Of a stretch of DNA of 64,000 nucleotides, positions 30,014 to 40,237 are shown piece by piece; the stretch's first letter is position 1, and the number at the start of each line of letters is the position of its first letter. The stretch lies in contig CAVUWD010000010.1 in NCBI GenBank assembly GCA_963745025.1, positions 215,718-279,717 on the forward strand, read 5' to 3'. The position numbers were made by a program, and so were the translations under genes. The DNA comes from an uncultured delta proteobacterium (GTDB taxonomy: Bacteria > Desulfobacterota > Binatia > JACPRU01). Under the pieces are notes generated by a model that was not told the DNA's origin, did no database searches, and was given only the letters and a program-made list of their open reading frames with translations.

Positions 30014-33000
30014 TCAACCTCCTCGAGCCGCCTCGCCTCGCAGCCTGCGCAGGACGAGTTCCAGCAGGAAAACCCCCATCGCCGCGGGCAGCAGAAACGG
30101 CGCCAAGGGCACCTTTTCTTCCGGCGTCGGCGCCGGCTTGATCCGATCGAGCGTCGGGTTCACCTCGCCGCCGGTCGAACGGGCAATCTCCTCGAGCAGC
30201 TGCCAATTGGGCTCGCGGCGCGGCCGCTCCACCGTCGCGGATTTCGGGATCGTGTAACCGAGCGGCGATTCGGTCGCCGATCCGCGCGCCGCGCGGATGT
30301 CGATACGATAGTCGCCGGCAACGCGCGTCGCGAACGAGCCGCGGTAGTGACCCGGAGCGACTCGTTCGAGGGGGAGCTCTTCCGTTCGCCCGTCGGGCGA
30401 GGAGATCTTCGCGCTCACCGCTCCGGCCGGGTCCTGGTCGAAGCGGCTGTAGTCGATCTCGAGGGCGCCGTCGCGATACGCGAGGGCGAACCGCGGCTGC
30501 GCCCCGCGGCCCTCCGGAGCGAGCCAACCGACGAGATCGCCCCACAGCCGGCTCCACTCCTTCCAGCGAAGCCAGCGATCCGACCATCGACCATCGGCGT
30601 CGGTCGTGACCGCCAGAGCGCGTCCGCGCCCGTACTCCCAGGAGGCGATCAGCGGCGCCGACGATTCGGCCACACCGACGTCGCGCCGCGCGAGCGGCTT
30701 GAGCTCGGTCTCGACGAGCCCCAGCACGGCCGGCCAGCGTGAATCGCTCGCGGCGAGCGCACCGACGACCGGCGAGTCGCGCATCGGCAATGGGCGGAAC
30801 TCTCGCTCGGCGAGCGTCTTTTCCCGGCCGTGCTCCTCGAACTCGCCGAGCACGAGCTCCGGCAGGCTCGCGGCATCGGCGGTCTCGTGAAACGCGCCGC
30901 GCCCGTAGGAGGCGATTCGCTCGAGGAACACGGTGTCCGCATCGTGGCCGAGCGCGATCGTCGAGATCGTCACGCCCTGCTCCGCGAGTGCGAGCGCGAG
31001 ATCGTAGTAATTGCGGCGGCCGGCGGCGCTTTCGGCGTCTTCGCTGAGACCGTCGGAAAGCACGATGATGTGGCGCCGCTTCGCTTCCTCGCCGAGGAGC
31101 TGGCGTCGCGCCTCCTCGAGCGCAGGGAACAGCCGCGTTCCTCCGGAGGGCTTCAGACGGTCGATCCGATACGCGAAGTCCTCGCGGATCTCGCCCACGT
31201 CGGAGAGCGGCACGACGGTGAACGGCTCGCGATCGAAGCCGATCACGGCGATGCGGTCGCGGTCCTTCAGGTGCTCCACGAGCTGACGCGCCGCCTCGCG
31301 AGCGAACGAGATCCGGTGCTCGTCGCGCATGCTCCCCGACTTGTCGATGACGAGCGCCACGGCATTGCGCGGCTCGTCTCGGGAGCGTTCCTTCATCCGC
31401 ACCGGCAAGGCTTCCTCGACCGGCGAACCCTGGTATCCGCCGAGCCCGAAGCTCCTCGGCCCGCCTACCATGGCGAGGCCGGCGCCGCCGCGAACCTGCT
31501 CGCGCAGCGCCGCGGGGTAGCCTCCCGGAAGATCGCCACTCGGTACGTCGTTCAAGACGACCGCCGCGAAGCCGCCGGGATCGGGGAGCGGATCGCCGCT
31601 GCCGCGGGCCACCGACGTCACGCGAAAACCGCGTTGCTCGAGGGCGGACGCGAGGTCTCGGTTGTCGCGCGCATCGTGCCCGACGAGCAAGATCCTCCGT
31701 CCGCCACCGACGGCGACCCAGGCCTTGGCGACATCGTTCGCGCGATCGAGGTCCGTCGCTGGATCCGTCGGCTGGAACTCCGCGACGAACTCGAGGAGTC
31801 CCGCGCCCGTGAAGAGAATCGGCCGGGTGATCACGCTGTCCCCGGGCGGCACCTTGACCTCGTCGCGGACGAGCGTCTTGGTTCCCTGGCGCACCAGCAG
31901 CCGTCCCGACACGGTGGTCGGGTTGTCGCTCCGAAACCAAACCTCCGCGCGGGCCGCCTTGCCGGCCGGGCTCTCTGCGGGGAGCGAGAGCGAGTGGAGC
32001 GCGACGTCCTTGCCGAGCAATTGCGTTTCCGCGATCGGATAGACCCGCACGTCTCGCTTCGTCAGCGCGTCGAGCGCGTGCTTCGCCTCGCCTCGCGTCT
32101 GCCAACCGTCGGTTACGAGGAAGACCGCCGCCGCGGAACCTCGGTTCGCCGCCTCGAGGAGGGCCGCTTCGAGATCGGTATCGTTGTCGTCGGCTGCCCG
32201 CGCCGACGATCCGAGCTCGGCGACAGTCGTCGAGAACGGATGGCCGGCGAAGGCGATCACCGGATCGGCGGGATGGAGACCGATCGCGTCGAGCGCATGC
32301 GCGCGCGCGGCGTCGAGCACGCTCTTCGAGACGTCGATCAAGGCGAGCGGCTTCGGCGCCACGCCGGCGATGGCGCGCATCGGATCGAGCCAGGCGGCGA
32401 TCAGCAGCGCCGTGACAAGGACGCGGAGGCCCCAGGCAAAGCCCCCGCTCGCGCCGTGAAACCATGCCTCGAGGGCGAGGAGCAGGAGCGCCGCCAGCGT
32501 CAGCGCCGGCCACAGGGGGTGCGATTTCGTAGCGGGCTTCGCAGGCGGGCTCTCGCGGGTCGGCAACGGCAGGGTGGCCGGACGCTCGAGATTGGACTCC
32601 GTTCGCCCGATCGGAATGCATTGCCCCGCACCTGCGGTCTCGCCCCCGCCGCCATGGAGCATCCACGACAGGAGGTTCAACGTGAGGATCGACACCGGGC
32701 GATTGCGATCGCCGAGATAGGGCAGGAGATCGATGCCGCTGACCACGGCCGGCGTCGCGCCGGCTCGGCCGAGGATCACCGCGCCGCCGTTGGCCAACGC
32801 GAGCGGCTGCCAGCCGGACGACTCCTTCAGCGTCAGTGCCCGGCGCGGTTGAAGGGCGGCCGGATTCAGGTATCGCGCGACCGGGTGCGTGACGACCGGG
32901 AACGCGATCGTCGGGCGATCGACGCGTCCGGACGTGGGGGGCAGGAAGGGCGCATCGGGCGGCAAGAGGTAGAGCGCGGGCGACTCGGGAGGAGCCGCGG

Positions 33001-34072
33001 GCGCGGCGAGATGGAAGATCACGAGGTCGCGCCCGCGCGCGAGCTCGGGGCGGTAACGCTCGGGCTCGACCACCTCGAGGTGGAAGCCGAGAATCCTCTC
33101 GAGCGCCGAGAACCCGCTCGCATCCGCCGCGACGAGCAGCACGCTGCCGCCGGTCGTCGCTCGGGGCACGATCGAAGCCTCATCGTCGAGCGGCAACGCG
33201 TCCTTGCCCTCGATCTTTACACGCAGCTCCGCCGTCGCGGGTGCGTCTGCCGTGAAGCTCGCGGCGCCCTCGGCGCCGAGCTCCAACTCGCCGCTTCGGA
33301 TCAACGTCCGCCGCGTCGTGTCCTCGACCCGGATCGGCACGCGTGCGGGCCGCGGCGAGAAGTTCTCGACGACGACGTTCAGGGAAGCGGGACGATCGGC
33401 GACCGAGGAGGGGACCAAGCTGAGATCGGTGATCGCCCGGTTCGACGTGGGAGAGCCGATGCGGGCGAGCTCGAAGGGGCCGATCGAGGTGCCGGGCCGG
33501 TCGGTGACGACGTGGATCCTGGCGTACCCCTGGCGCGAGAGCCGGTCGAAGAAAGAGAGGAGCACCGTCTCGTCGGGGTGGGCGCAGCTCGCGGGAGAGA
33601 GCTCGGCGAGGCGACTTCTCGCCTGACGCGGCGAAAGGCCCTGCGCGAGGTCGTGCGGCATCGGCGACAGCACGAACAGATCCCAGTTGCCGGCCGGGTC
33701 TCGCGCGACCTCCCGGTCGGCCGCCCGCACCGCGGCGGCGAAGCGCGTCTCTCCCGACCCTTCGATCGCCGAGAGGCTCGCCGAGTTGTCGAGGACGAGG
33801 GCCGAGCGGACGTCGTTCGAGCGCAGCGCCGGCCGGCAGAGTGCCGCGATCGCCACGATCAGCAGAAGGAGCTGCAGCAGGAAGAGCGGACGGAGGCGGA
33901 GCGAGCCGCCGAGGCGCAGTCGCTGCGCGGGCTCGACGCCGTTGAACAGAAAGAGAGCGGGCACCGTCCTTCGGCGCGGTCGCTGGCGGAGCAGGTAGGG
34001 CACGAAGAGGAGCGGAACGAGCGAGAGCCAGAGAAGGCCCGCCGGGTTGAGGAGCTCGGGCACCAGTGACAC
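30014..34072 (-). CDS. Large membrane VWA-domain protein (BatA N-terminus, several VWA domains, GATase-like domain)
   Basis: N-terminal LNPAGLLWL..P...Y BatA-like motif; MIDAS motifs DNSAS, DVSKS, DKSGSM; TDG and LSDG; VGGPRSFGLGGY. Confidence 0.85.
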   Translation of the reverse strand: MSLVPELLNPAGLLWLSLVPLLFVPYLLRQRPRRRTVPALFLFNGVEPAQRLRLGGSLRLRPLFLLQLLLLIVAIAALCRPALRSNDVRSALVLDNSASLSAIEGSGETRFAAAVRAADREVARDPAGNWDLFVLSPMPHDLAQGLSPRQARSRLAELSPASCAHPDETVLLSFFDRLSRQGYARIHVVTDRPGTSIGPFELARIGSPTSNRAITDLSLVPSSVADRPASLNVVVENFSPRPARVPIRVEDTTRRTLIRSGELELGAEGAASFTADAPATAELRVKIEGKDALPLDDEASIVPRATTGGSVLLVAADASGFSALERILGFHLEVVEPERYRPELARGRDLVIFHLAAPAAPPESPALYLLPPDAPFLPPTSGRVDRPTIAFPVVTHPVARYLNPAALQPRRALTLKESSGWQPLALANGGAVILGRAGATPAVVSGIDLLPYLGDRNRPVSILTLNLLSWMLHGGGGETAGAGQCIPIGRTESNLERPATLPLPTRESPPAKPATKSHPLWPALTLAALLLLALEAWFHGASGGFAWGLRVLVTALLIAAWLDPMRAIAGVAPKPLALIDVSKSVLDAARAHALDAIGLHPADPVIAFAGHPFSTTVAELGSSARAADDNDTDLEAALLEAANRGSAAAVFLVTDGWQTRGEAKHALDALTKRDVRVYPIAETQLLGKDVALHSLSLPAESPAGKAARAEVWFRSDNPTTVSGRLLVRQGTKTLVRDEVKVPPGDSVITRPILFTGAGLLEFVAEFQPTDPATDLDRANDVAKAWVAVGGGRRILLVGHDARDNRDLASALEQRGFRVTSVARGSGDPLPDPGGFAAVVLNDVPSGDLPGGYPAALREQVRGGAGLAMVGGPRSFGLGGYQGSPVEEALPVRMKERSRDEPRNAVALVIDKSGSMRDEHRISFAREAARQLVEHLKDRDRIAVIGFDREPFTVVPLSDVGEIREDFAYRIDRLKPSGGTRLFPALEEARRQLLGEEAKRRHIIVLSDGLSEDAESAAGRRNYYDLALALAEQGVTISTIALGHDADTVFLERIASYGRGAFHETADAASLPELVLGEFEEHGREKTLAEREFRPLPMRDSPVVGALAASDSRWPAVLGLVETELKPLARRDVGVAESSAPLIASWEYGRGRALAVTTDADGRWSDRWLRWKEWSRLWGDLVGWLAPEGRGAQPRFALAYRDGALEIDYSRFDQDPAGAVSAKISSPDGRTEELPLERVAPGHYRGSFATRVAGDYRIDIRAARGSATESPLGYTIPKSATVERPRREPNWQLLEEIARSTGGEVNPTLDRIKPAPTPEEKVPLAPFLLPAAMGVFLLELVLRRLRGEAARGG

Positions 34073-34076
34073 TTCG

Positions 34077-34988
34077 TCACTCCCGCAAGAGCCCGAGGGC
34101 GGGAAGCTCCGTCAGCACGAAGTCCTCGAGGTCGCTCGAGGTGTCGTAGAAGGCGTACTGCACTCCTGCGCGATGACAGAAGTTGCGCAGGTCGCGCCGG
34201 TGGCGGGTCAGGTTCTGAAGATAGATCGCTCGGCCACGATCGTCGAATCGCAGATCGCTCTCTTGGCCGCTCTCGGCATCGACCAGACGCTCGACGCCCA
34301 AAGCCGCGGGAGCGAGCTCCTGCGGCCCGAGGGTCTGGATGACGAGCAGGTCGAGCTTCGCCGCGCGAAGCAGATTCACGCCAGCCTGGAACTCCTCGAT
34401 CGGGATCAGCAGATCGGAAATCAGAATCCCCTTGCCGGGGCGTCGCAGGGAGGCGAGGTGGGGGGCGAGCGAACGCCTCAGGTCGAGCGCTCCGCCCGGG
34501 GACTCTCGCTCGAAGAACTCGCGGGCGTCGAGCATGCGGCGGCGGCCGAAGTAGAACGGGCTCGCGTCGCTTCGGCCCGTCTTCAATCGGTGCAGGCGCA
34601 CGGAGTCGCCCGACGAAAGAATGACGTAGCAGAGCGCGAGCGCCAGCGCCGTAGCCGCCCGGTACTTCGTGTCTTCCTCCGGGTGCGCCATCGAGGCGCT
34701 CGCATCGATGAAGAGATAGCCGAAGAGATCCTCTTCCTCCTGGAACACCTTCACGTAAAGGCGATCGGTGCGCGCGTAGAGTCCCCAGTCGACGGCTCGC
34801 GGGTCGTCGCCCGCGGCGTAGCTGCGATAGTCGGCGAACTCGAGGCTCGTGCCGCGGCGCGGGGAGAGGTGCATGCCCTTGCGCTTGCCGAGAAAGCGGC
34901 GGCGCGCGCGCAGGCGCAGCGTCTCCAGCCGGTTCAGAAAGTCCTGCGAGAAGTCGAGGCTAGGAGACTGCGTCACAGATCGCGTCAC
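34077..34988 (-). CDS. DUF58 domain protein
   Basis: EFADYRSYAAGDDPRAVDW, DASASM, ISD; in a MoxR operon context. Confidence 0.9.
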   Translation of the reverse strand: MTRSVTQSPSLDFSQDFLNRLETLRLRARRRFLGKRKGMHLSPRRGTSLEFADYRSYAAGDDPRAVDWGLYARTDRLYVKVFQEEEDLFGYLFIDASASMAHPEEDTKYRAATALALALCYVILSSGDSVRLHRLKTGRSDASPFYFGRRRMLDAREFFERESPGGALDLRRSLAPHLASLRRPGKGILISDLLIPIEEFQAGVNLLRAAKLDLLVIQTLGPQELAPAALGVERLVDAESGQESDLRFDDRGRAIYLQNLTRHRRDLRNFCHRAGVQYAFYDTSSDLEDFVLTELPALGLLRE

Positions 34989-34991
34989 GTG

Positions 34992-35055
34992 TCGCTTCCG
35001 TTGGTCGCGAGAGCTCCGCCGTGAGTGCTACCTCGATCGCTCCCGTTGGTCGCGA
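34992..35055. repeat. 19-bp direct repeat (REP-like)
   Basis: TCGCTTCCGTTGGTCGCGA at 34992-35010 and TCGCTCCCGTTGGTCGCGA at 35037-35055, between moxR and DUF58. Confidence 0.6.
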
Positions 35056-35091
35056 TCCCGTCTCCGGTCGAGCATTCTACCGAGCTAGCAG

Positions 35092-36109
35092 TCACGGCCG
35101 AGGCAGGCTCCGCAGAACCTCGGTGAGCAGGCTATCCTCGGTGACGTTCTCCGCCTCGGCCTGGAAGTTGAGGATCAGTCGGTGGCGCATCGCCGGCAGC
35201 ACCGCGTCGGTGATGTCGTCGAGGCTCGTGTGTGCACGACCGTCGAGCAGCGCGTTCACCTTGGCGCCGAGCACGACCGCCTGAGCGGCACGCGGACCCG
35301 GACCGAACCGCACGTAGTTGCGGACGGCCGCGACCGAGCCGCCGCCGTTCGGCGCCGAGGCCGCGATGAGCGACACCACGAAATTCTGCAGCGGCGGCGC
35401 GATCAGCACTTGGCGGACGAGCCGGCGCATGTCCGCGATCGCCTGCTGCCCGGCTTCACCCGCGAACACGACCGCGACGTCCGGCCGGTACTCCGTCGTG
35501 GTGCGATTGAGAATCTCGTTCAGCTCGGCGGCGTTCGGCGACTCCACCAGCAGCTTGAAGAGAAAGCGATCGAGCTGCGCTTCCGGAAGCGGGTAGGTGC
35601 CCTCGAGCTCGATCGGATTCTGCGTGGCGAGCACGAAGAAAGGGTCGAGCAACGGGTACGTCTCGCCGAACGACGGTGACCTGCCGCTCCTCCATCGCCT
35701 CGAGGAGCGCCGACTGCGTCTTCGGCGAGGCGCGGTTGATCTCGTCGGCGAGCACGATGTGCGCGAAGATCGGACCCGGCCGGAACCGGAACTCCCGGGT
35801 CGCTTTCTCCTCCGTCAGGATCTGCGCGCCGATGATGTCGGAAGGCATGAGATCCGGCGTGAACTGGATGCGCTTGAACGACAGGCCGAGGGCCTTGGTC
35901 ACCGAGCGGACGATCAGCGTCTTGCCGAGCCCGGGAACGCCCTCGAGGAGCACGTGGCCGCCGGCGAAGAAGGCGGCGAGCACCTTGCGGAGCACCGCTC
36001 GGTGGCCGACGATCACCTTGCCGACTTCCTGCTCGATCGCCCGGAAACGCTCGCGGAAGTCTTCGATGCGCTGCGCGGCATCGCTCTGCGACTCGGAAAC
36101 GGCGCTCAT
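35092..36109 (-). CDS. moxR: MoxR-family AAA+ ATPase; frameshift near 35670
   Basis: GVPGLGKT, RIQFTPDLMPSD, LADEINRA. Second frame: ATQNPIELEGTYPLPEAQLDRF. Confidence 0.92.
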
Positions 36110-36119
36110 TCGATCTCCT

Positions 36120-37607
36120 TCATGGCGGAGGAGGCTTGAGGGCGTCGCGATACTCGAGCGGTATCGGCTGTTCGGCTCCGACCTCGCCGGGGGAGCCGGC
36201 CACAGGAAGCGGGGCGTTACCGTATGGAACTTCGAGGTTCACGTCGCCGGGCTTGGCGACTTCCTCGGTGCCGGCGAGCGGCCGATCCTCGTCCGGGACG
36301 CGGACCCGCACGTATTGGCCGCCGACGATGCTTCCGCCGGGGCCTTCCCCGGGCTTGTAGTAACGCTCGGTGGGCTTGGCGTCGCCTCGCTGGGAGGGCT
36401 TCTGGCTCGCACCTTCGGCGCTAGCTCCCGGACCGCTTTGAGATGAGGGATTTTGCGCGTTCGGTCGTTGCTGTTCGCCGCCGCGCTCCGCCTTCGCCTC
36501 TCCCTGCTCGCCGCCCGGCTTCTCGTTGCCACCCGACTTGTCGGGAGCCTTTCCCGGTTGATTGCCGCTCGCCTCCCGCTCGCCGGGCTTGCGCTCCTTG
36601 GCGCCGCTCTCGGGACCCTGGATGCCTCCACCGGAGGGTTGCGGCTTCGCTTGCGTGTTCTTGCCCGGATCGGCCTTGGCCCCCTGGGATTCGCCGGCGA
36701 GCTCGCCGGCGATCCTCTCGAGCTCCTGCTTGGCCTGGCCGCGAGCGTTGCCTTCGCCGTTGCCGGCTCCGCCTGCTTGCTGCTGTTTCTCCTGGCCACT
36801 CCCTTGCGCGCCGGCACCGCCATCCTGCCGCTTGCCGTCCGCCTGCTGCTGTGGGCCTTGGTCTCCCTTCCCGCTGGCGCCGCCGGAGGAGCCTGCGGCG
36901 GAGATCTGCCGCTTCCGCTCTGCCTGATCGAGCTTGGCGAGCGCCTCCGCGATCTTCGCGCGCTTCTCCTCCTTCGACCGGCGTGGATCGTGAAGCGTCT
37001 TGGAGACGTCGCGCAGCACCTGGGCGAGCTCCCGGTCGGCCGCATCACCCGCGGCGAGCTCCGCCGCGATGCGATCGAGCCCGCCGCCGCCCGCCCCCGC
37101 GAGAGAAGTCAGCTGGGGAATCACCCACAGGAAGAGAAGCCCCGCGGCCGAGAGCGCGACGCTGGCGACGAGCGGTTGCTTCCGGCGCGGGGGAAGTGGC
37201 AGGTCTCCGGCGCTCGCGGCGAGCGCCGTCGCACCGGACTCGACGACCGGGAGAAGGCTTGCCGTTCGCTCGATCGTGGCGAGCGTCAGGAAGCGATCCT
37301 TGGCGCCGAGCGAGCGATCGAGGAAGCGTGCCGCCCGCGGCTTCGAGGCGACGAGTCCCGTGACGTGGAAGCCGAGGATCGCGAGCGCGATCGCCCCGGC
37401 GACGCCGATCTCGAGCGGAAGACGGCCGGCGGCGAGCGCCGTTGCGAGCGCAAGGAGGGGCGGGACGGCCGGCAGCAGGAGCTCGGACAGACGCCGGCGG
37501 TACCAGCGGAGCGCCGTCTCCTCGATCAGCCGATACGGGGGCGCCGTCTCGCCGGTCGGCGCCTCCGTTTTCAACCCGTTCGCATCCATCGAAGCCTCGA
37601 AGATCAA
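36120..37607 (-). CDS. Membrane-anchored hypothetical protein with a Gly/Gln-rich tail (MoxR-operon associated)
   Basis: N-terminal TM helices, low-complexity G/Q/E region and C-terminal IPLEYR motif; coupled to mltG and moxR. Confidence 0.7.
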   Translation of the reverse strand: MIFEASMDANGLKTEAPTGETAPPYRLIEETALRWYRRRLSELLLPAVPPLLALATALAAGRLPLEIGVAGAIALAILGFHVTGLVASKPRAARFLDRSLGAKDRFLTLATIERTASLLPVVESGATALAASAGDLPLPPRRKQPLVASVALSAAGLLFLWVIPQLTSLAGAGGGGLDRIAAELAAGDAADRELAQVLRDVSKTLHDPRRSKEEKRAKIAEALAKLDQAERKRQISAAGSSGGASGKGDQGPQQQADGKRQDGGAGAQGSGQEKQQQAGGAGNGEGNARGQAKQELERIAGELAGESQGAKADPGKNTQAKPQPSGGGIQGPESGAKERKPGEREASGNQPGKAPDKSGGNEKPGGEQGEAKAERGGEQQRPNAQNPSSQSGPGASAEGASQKPSQRGDAKPTERYYKPGEGPGGSIVGGQYVRVRVPDEDRPLAGTEEVAKPGDVNLEVPYGNAPLPVAGSPGEVGAEQPIPLEYRDALKPPPP

Positions 37608-38620
37608 CGTGTCTCAAGCCTCGCATGGCGCGAGCGCTGATAGCGGTTCACCGCGCGGTTGTGGTCTGCGAGGCTCGTGCTGAACTCGTGCGAGCCGTCC
37701 TCTCGGGCGACGAAATACAGATACGGCACGTCGGCCGGATGAATCGCGGCGAGCAACGAAGACCGTCCCGGGTTGGCGATCGGCCCCGGCGGCAGTCCCG
37801 GCTCGGTGTAGGTGTTGTAGGGCGTGCGCGTCTCCAGGTCCTTGCGCGTCAGGTTGCCGTTGAAGTTCTCGATCCCGTAGATCACCGTCGGATCCGCCTG
37901 CAGTGGCATGCCGAGCCGCAGCCGGTTGCGGAACACCGCGGACACCAGCGGACGTTCCTCTTCGCGCGCGGTCTCCTTCTCGGTCACCGACGCGAGCGTC
38001 ACGATCTGATGCACCGAGAAGCCGGCCTTCCGTGCTTCCGCAGCCATCTCCGGGGTGAAGACTTTGTGGAAACGGCCGACGAACGCGGCGAGAACTTTCT
38101 CGGCACCGTCGAGCGGCGAGAAGAAGTAGGTGTCGGGGAAGAGGTAGCCCTCGAGACCGTCGGCGTCGATGGCCAAGGAACGCGCGAACGCGGCATCGTG
38201 CGCGAGCGCGACGAACCGTTCGGCGGGTCCGAGGCCGCTGTGCTCGAGAGTGAGCGCGAGGTCATGTACGGTCGCACCCTCGGCCAGCAGCACGTGGACC
38301 ATCATCGCCTCGCCCGAGCGCATCTTGTCGACGAGCGCGATCGGCGAGAGCGCTTCGGCAAACTGATAGGCGCCGTGCTGGATCGCGCGGTCGACGCCCT
38401 CGAAACGCGCCCAAAGCGTCAGCGCTAGCGCGCTCGGAACGAGCCCTGCGGCCTCGAGCCTCCTGGCGGTCGTGCGAAACGGCTCGCCCACGCCGACGTC
38501 GATGCGGATCGGAGCGGGGGGCGGCGGCCCGGGGCGCTCGAGCAAGAGAGCGAAGACGTAACGTGCGGCCGCGCTCCCGGCGACCGCGATTACGAGGAGC
38601 ACAAGGAGCGCGCGCTTCAT
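37604..38620 (-). CDS. mltG: Endolytic transglycosylase MltG
   Basis: EGYLFPDTY, LASVTEKE, LQADPT, YNTY...GLPPGPIANPG, YLYFVA. Confidence 0.95.
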   Translation of the reverse strand: MKRALLVLLVIAVAGSAAARYVFALLLERPGPPPPAPIRIDVGVGEPFRTTARRLEAAGLVPSALALTLWARFEGVDRAIQHGAYQFAEALSPIALVDKMRSGEAMMVHVLLAEGATVHDLALTLEHSGLGPAERFVALAHDAAFARSLAIDADGLEGYLFPDTYFFSPLDGAEKVLAAFVGRFHKVFTPEMAAEARKAGFSVHQIVTLASVTEKETAREEERPLVSAVFRNRLRLGMPLQADPTVIYGIENFNGNLTRKDLETRTPYNTYTEPGLPPGPIANPGRSSLLAAIHPADVPYLYFVAREDGSHEFSTSLADHNRAVNRYQRSRHARLETR

Positions 38621-38778
38621 TCCCTTCGGTCCGAGAACTAACACCCGCCGGAAGGGGCCGCAATGCGCACGGTCACCACGATTGACCAATAGGTCAGCGA
38701 AACGCCGTCTTTTTTCTTGACAAAAAATGTCAGTGTGGGAAACGTCTGCGAACCTTTTGATCCCGAAGCTGGGTTGGC

Positions 38779-40203
38779 ATGCGGAGGATGTGGAGAAACG
38801 CTCCCACGGAGCGAGATCGAAGGACGTATTTGCGTGTCGCCTTATTCGTGGCGCCCTTCGTCCTCCTCTTCGTGGTCCTGCTCGCCGTCAAATCGGCGGA
38901 CTCTTCCGCTGCCTTCCGAATCGACAACCAGCTCGTGCTGGAGAATCTGAAGCGGCAGATCGCCGCGACGGCGCCGCAGACCGAGCTGGCGGTGACTCCC
39001 GAGGCGGTCGCTGTCCTGAACACCGAGGTTGCTGCCGCCACGACGACCACCTCTGCGTCAGAGCTTCGCGAGATCCGCGAGGTGGTGCACAAAGGCGACA
39101 CGCTCGGTAGCATCCTTCGTCGCATCGGATTGAGCGCCGACGAGGTGACCCGTTGGTCGGGGACGACTCGTCGGCACGTGAGCCTCGGGCATTTGCAGCC
39201 CGGCCGTCGCTTCGCGTTTCTGCTGCCGAGCGGAACGGACCAACTCGCCGGTCTCCAGTACGAGGTGTCTCCAGAGGCCACGCTGGTGATGCGCAAGGAC
39301 GGCGACGAGATCACGGCGCAAGTGGAGCGGCTGCCGCGGATGGTCGACACGCGCGTCGTCTCGGGCGTGATCGAATCGAGCCTCTACGCCGCCGCCGCGC
39401 GCCGCGGCGTGCCCGACTCGGTGATCTCGAGTCTCGTCGACATCTTCAGCTGGGAGATCGATTTCTCCTCGGACCTCGAGTCGGGTGACACGTTCCGCGT
39501 CGCCTACGAAGAGACGCGCGACGCGGTCGGAAGGGCCCAAGGCGGGCGGGTGATCGCTGCGGAGGTCGTCGTCGGCGGCAAGCGGTGGGACGCGGTCTAT
39601 TTCGAGGACGCCGACGACGGCGGCAGCTACTATACACCGGAGGGGAAACCCTTCGGGCGCGCCTTCCTGCGATATCCGCTCGAGTTCACTCGGATCACGT
39701 CGCAGTTCACCTCGTCCCGCTTCCATCCGTTACTTGGCATCAACCGGCCCCATCTCGCCGTGGACTTCGCCGCGCCGATAGGCACGCCGGTGCGGGCCAT
39801 CGCCTCGGGACGAGTCGTGTACGCGGGCTGGAATGGCGGCTCCGGGCGCTACATCCGTATCGACCATGGGTCGGGAATCGAAACCTCGTACTCGCATCTG
39901 CGGTCGATTTCGGCATCGGTACGCACCGGCATGCGGGTGCAGGTCGGGCAGATGATCGGCGCGGTCGGCGCAAGCGGGCTGACGACCGGTCCCCACCTCC
40001 ACTTCGCGCTCTATCGCAACGGAGTGTACGTCAACCCGATGACGGTGAAGCTGCCGGCCTCCCCGCCACTGCCGGCGCAGTACATGAGCGAGTTCGCCCG
40101 CACCCGCGACCAGGCGATGCGTCAGCTCGCGTCGGCCGGGACCGGGGAAACGCCCGGCGAGGTACGCATGGCGGGCGCCCCGGCAGCGTCGCGGACGAAT
40201 TGA
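38779..40203 (+). CDS. M23-family peptidoglycan DD-endopeptidase (MepM-like)
   Basis: N-terminal TM, LysM/OapA-like region, HLAVD (HxxxD), YSHL, TGPHLHF. Confidence 0.9.
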   Translation: MRRMWRNAPTERDRRTYLRVALFVAPFVLLFVVLLAVKSADSSAAFRIDNQLVLENLKRQIAATAPQTELAVTPEAVAVLNTEVAAATTTTSASELREIREVVHKGDTLGSILRRIGLSADEVTRWSGTTRRHVSLGHLQPGRRFAFLLPSGTDQLAGLQYEVSPEATLVMRKDGDEITAQVERLPRMVDTRVVSGVIESSLYAAAARRGVPDSVISSLVDIFSWEIDFSSDLESGDTFRVAYEETRDAVGRAQGGRVIAAEVVVGGKRWDAVYFEDADDGGSYYTPEGKPFGRAFLRYPLEFTRITSQFTSSRFHPLLGINRPHLAVDFAAPIGTPVRAIASGRVVYAGWNGGSGRYIRIDHGSGIETSYSHLRSISASVRTGMRVQVGQMIGAVGASGLTTGPHLHFALYRNGVYVNPMTVKLPASPPLPAQYMSEFARTRDQAMRQLASAGTGETPGEVRMAGAPAASRTN

Positions 40204-40237
40204 CCGCGTCCTCCCGTTCCTCTCTACTCTGACGGTG

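Noticed and set aside
29553-34069. Very long alternative ORFs (29553..32666 -, 30830..34069 +, and similar ones such as 1330..3456 + and 57820..59838 +)
   Set aside because: They are Arg/Ala/Pro-rich or antisense shadows of real genes, typical of high-GC DNA, with no recognisable motifs.
34992-35055. CRISPR array
   Set aside because: Only two 19-bp units and no cas genes. No CRISPR array, rRNA, intact tRNA, transposase or integrase was recognised anywhere in the window.
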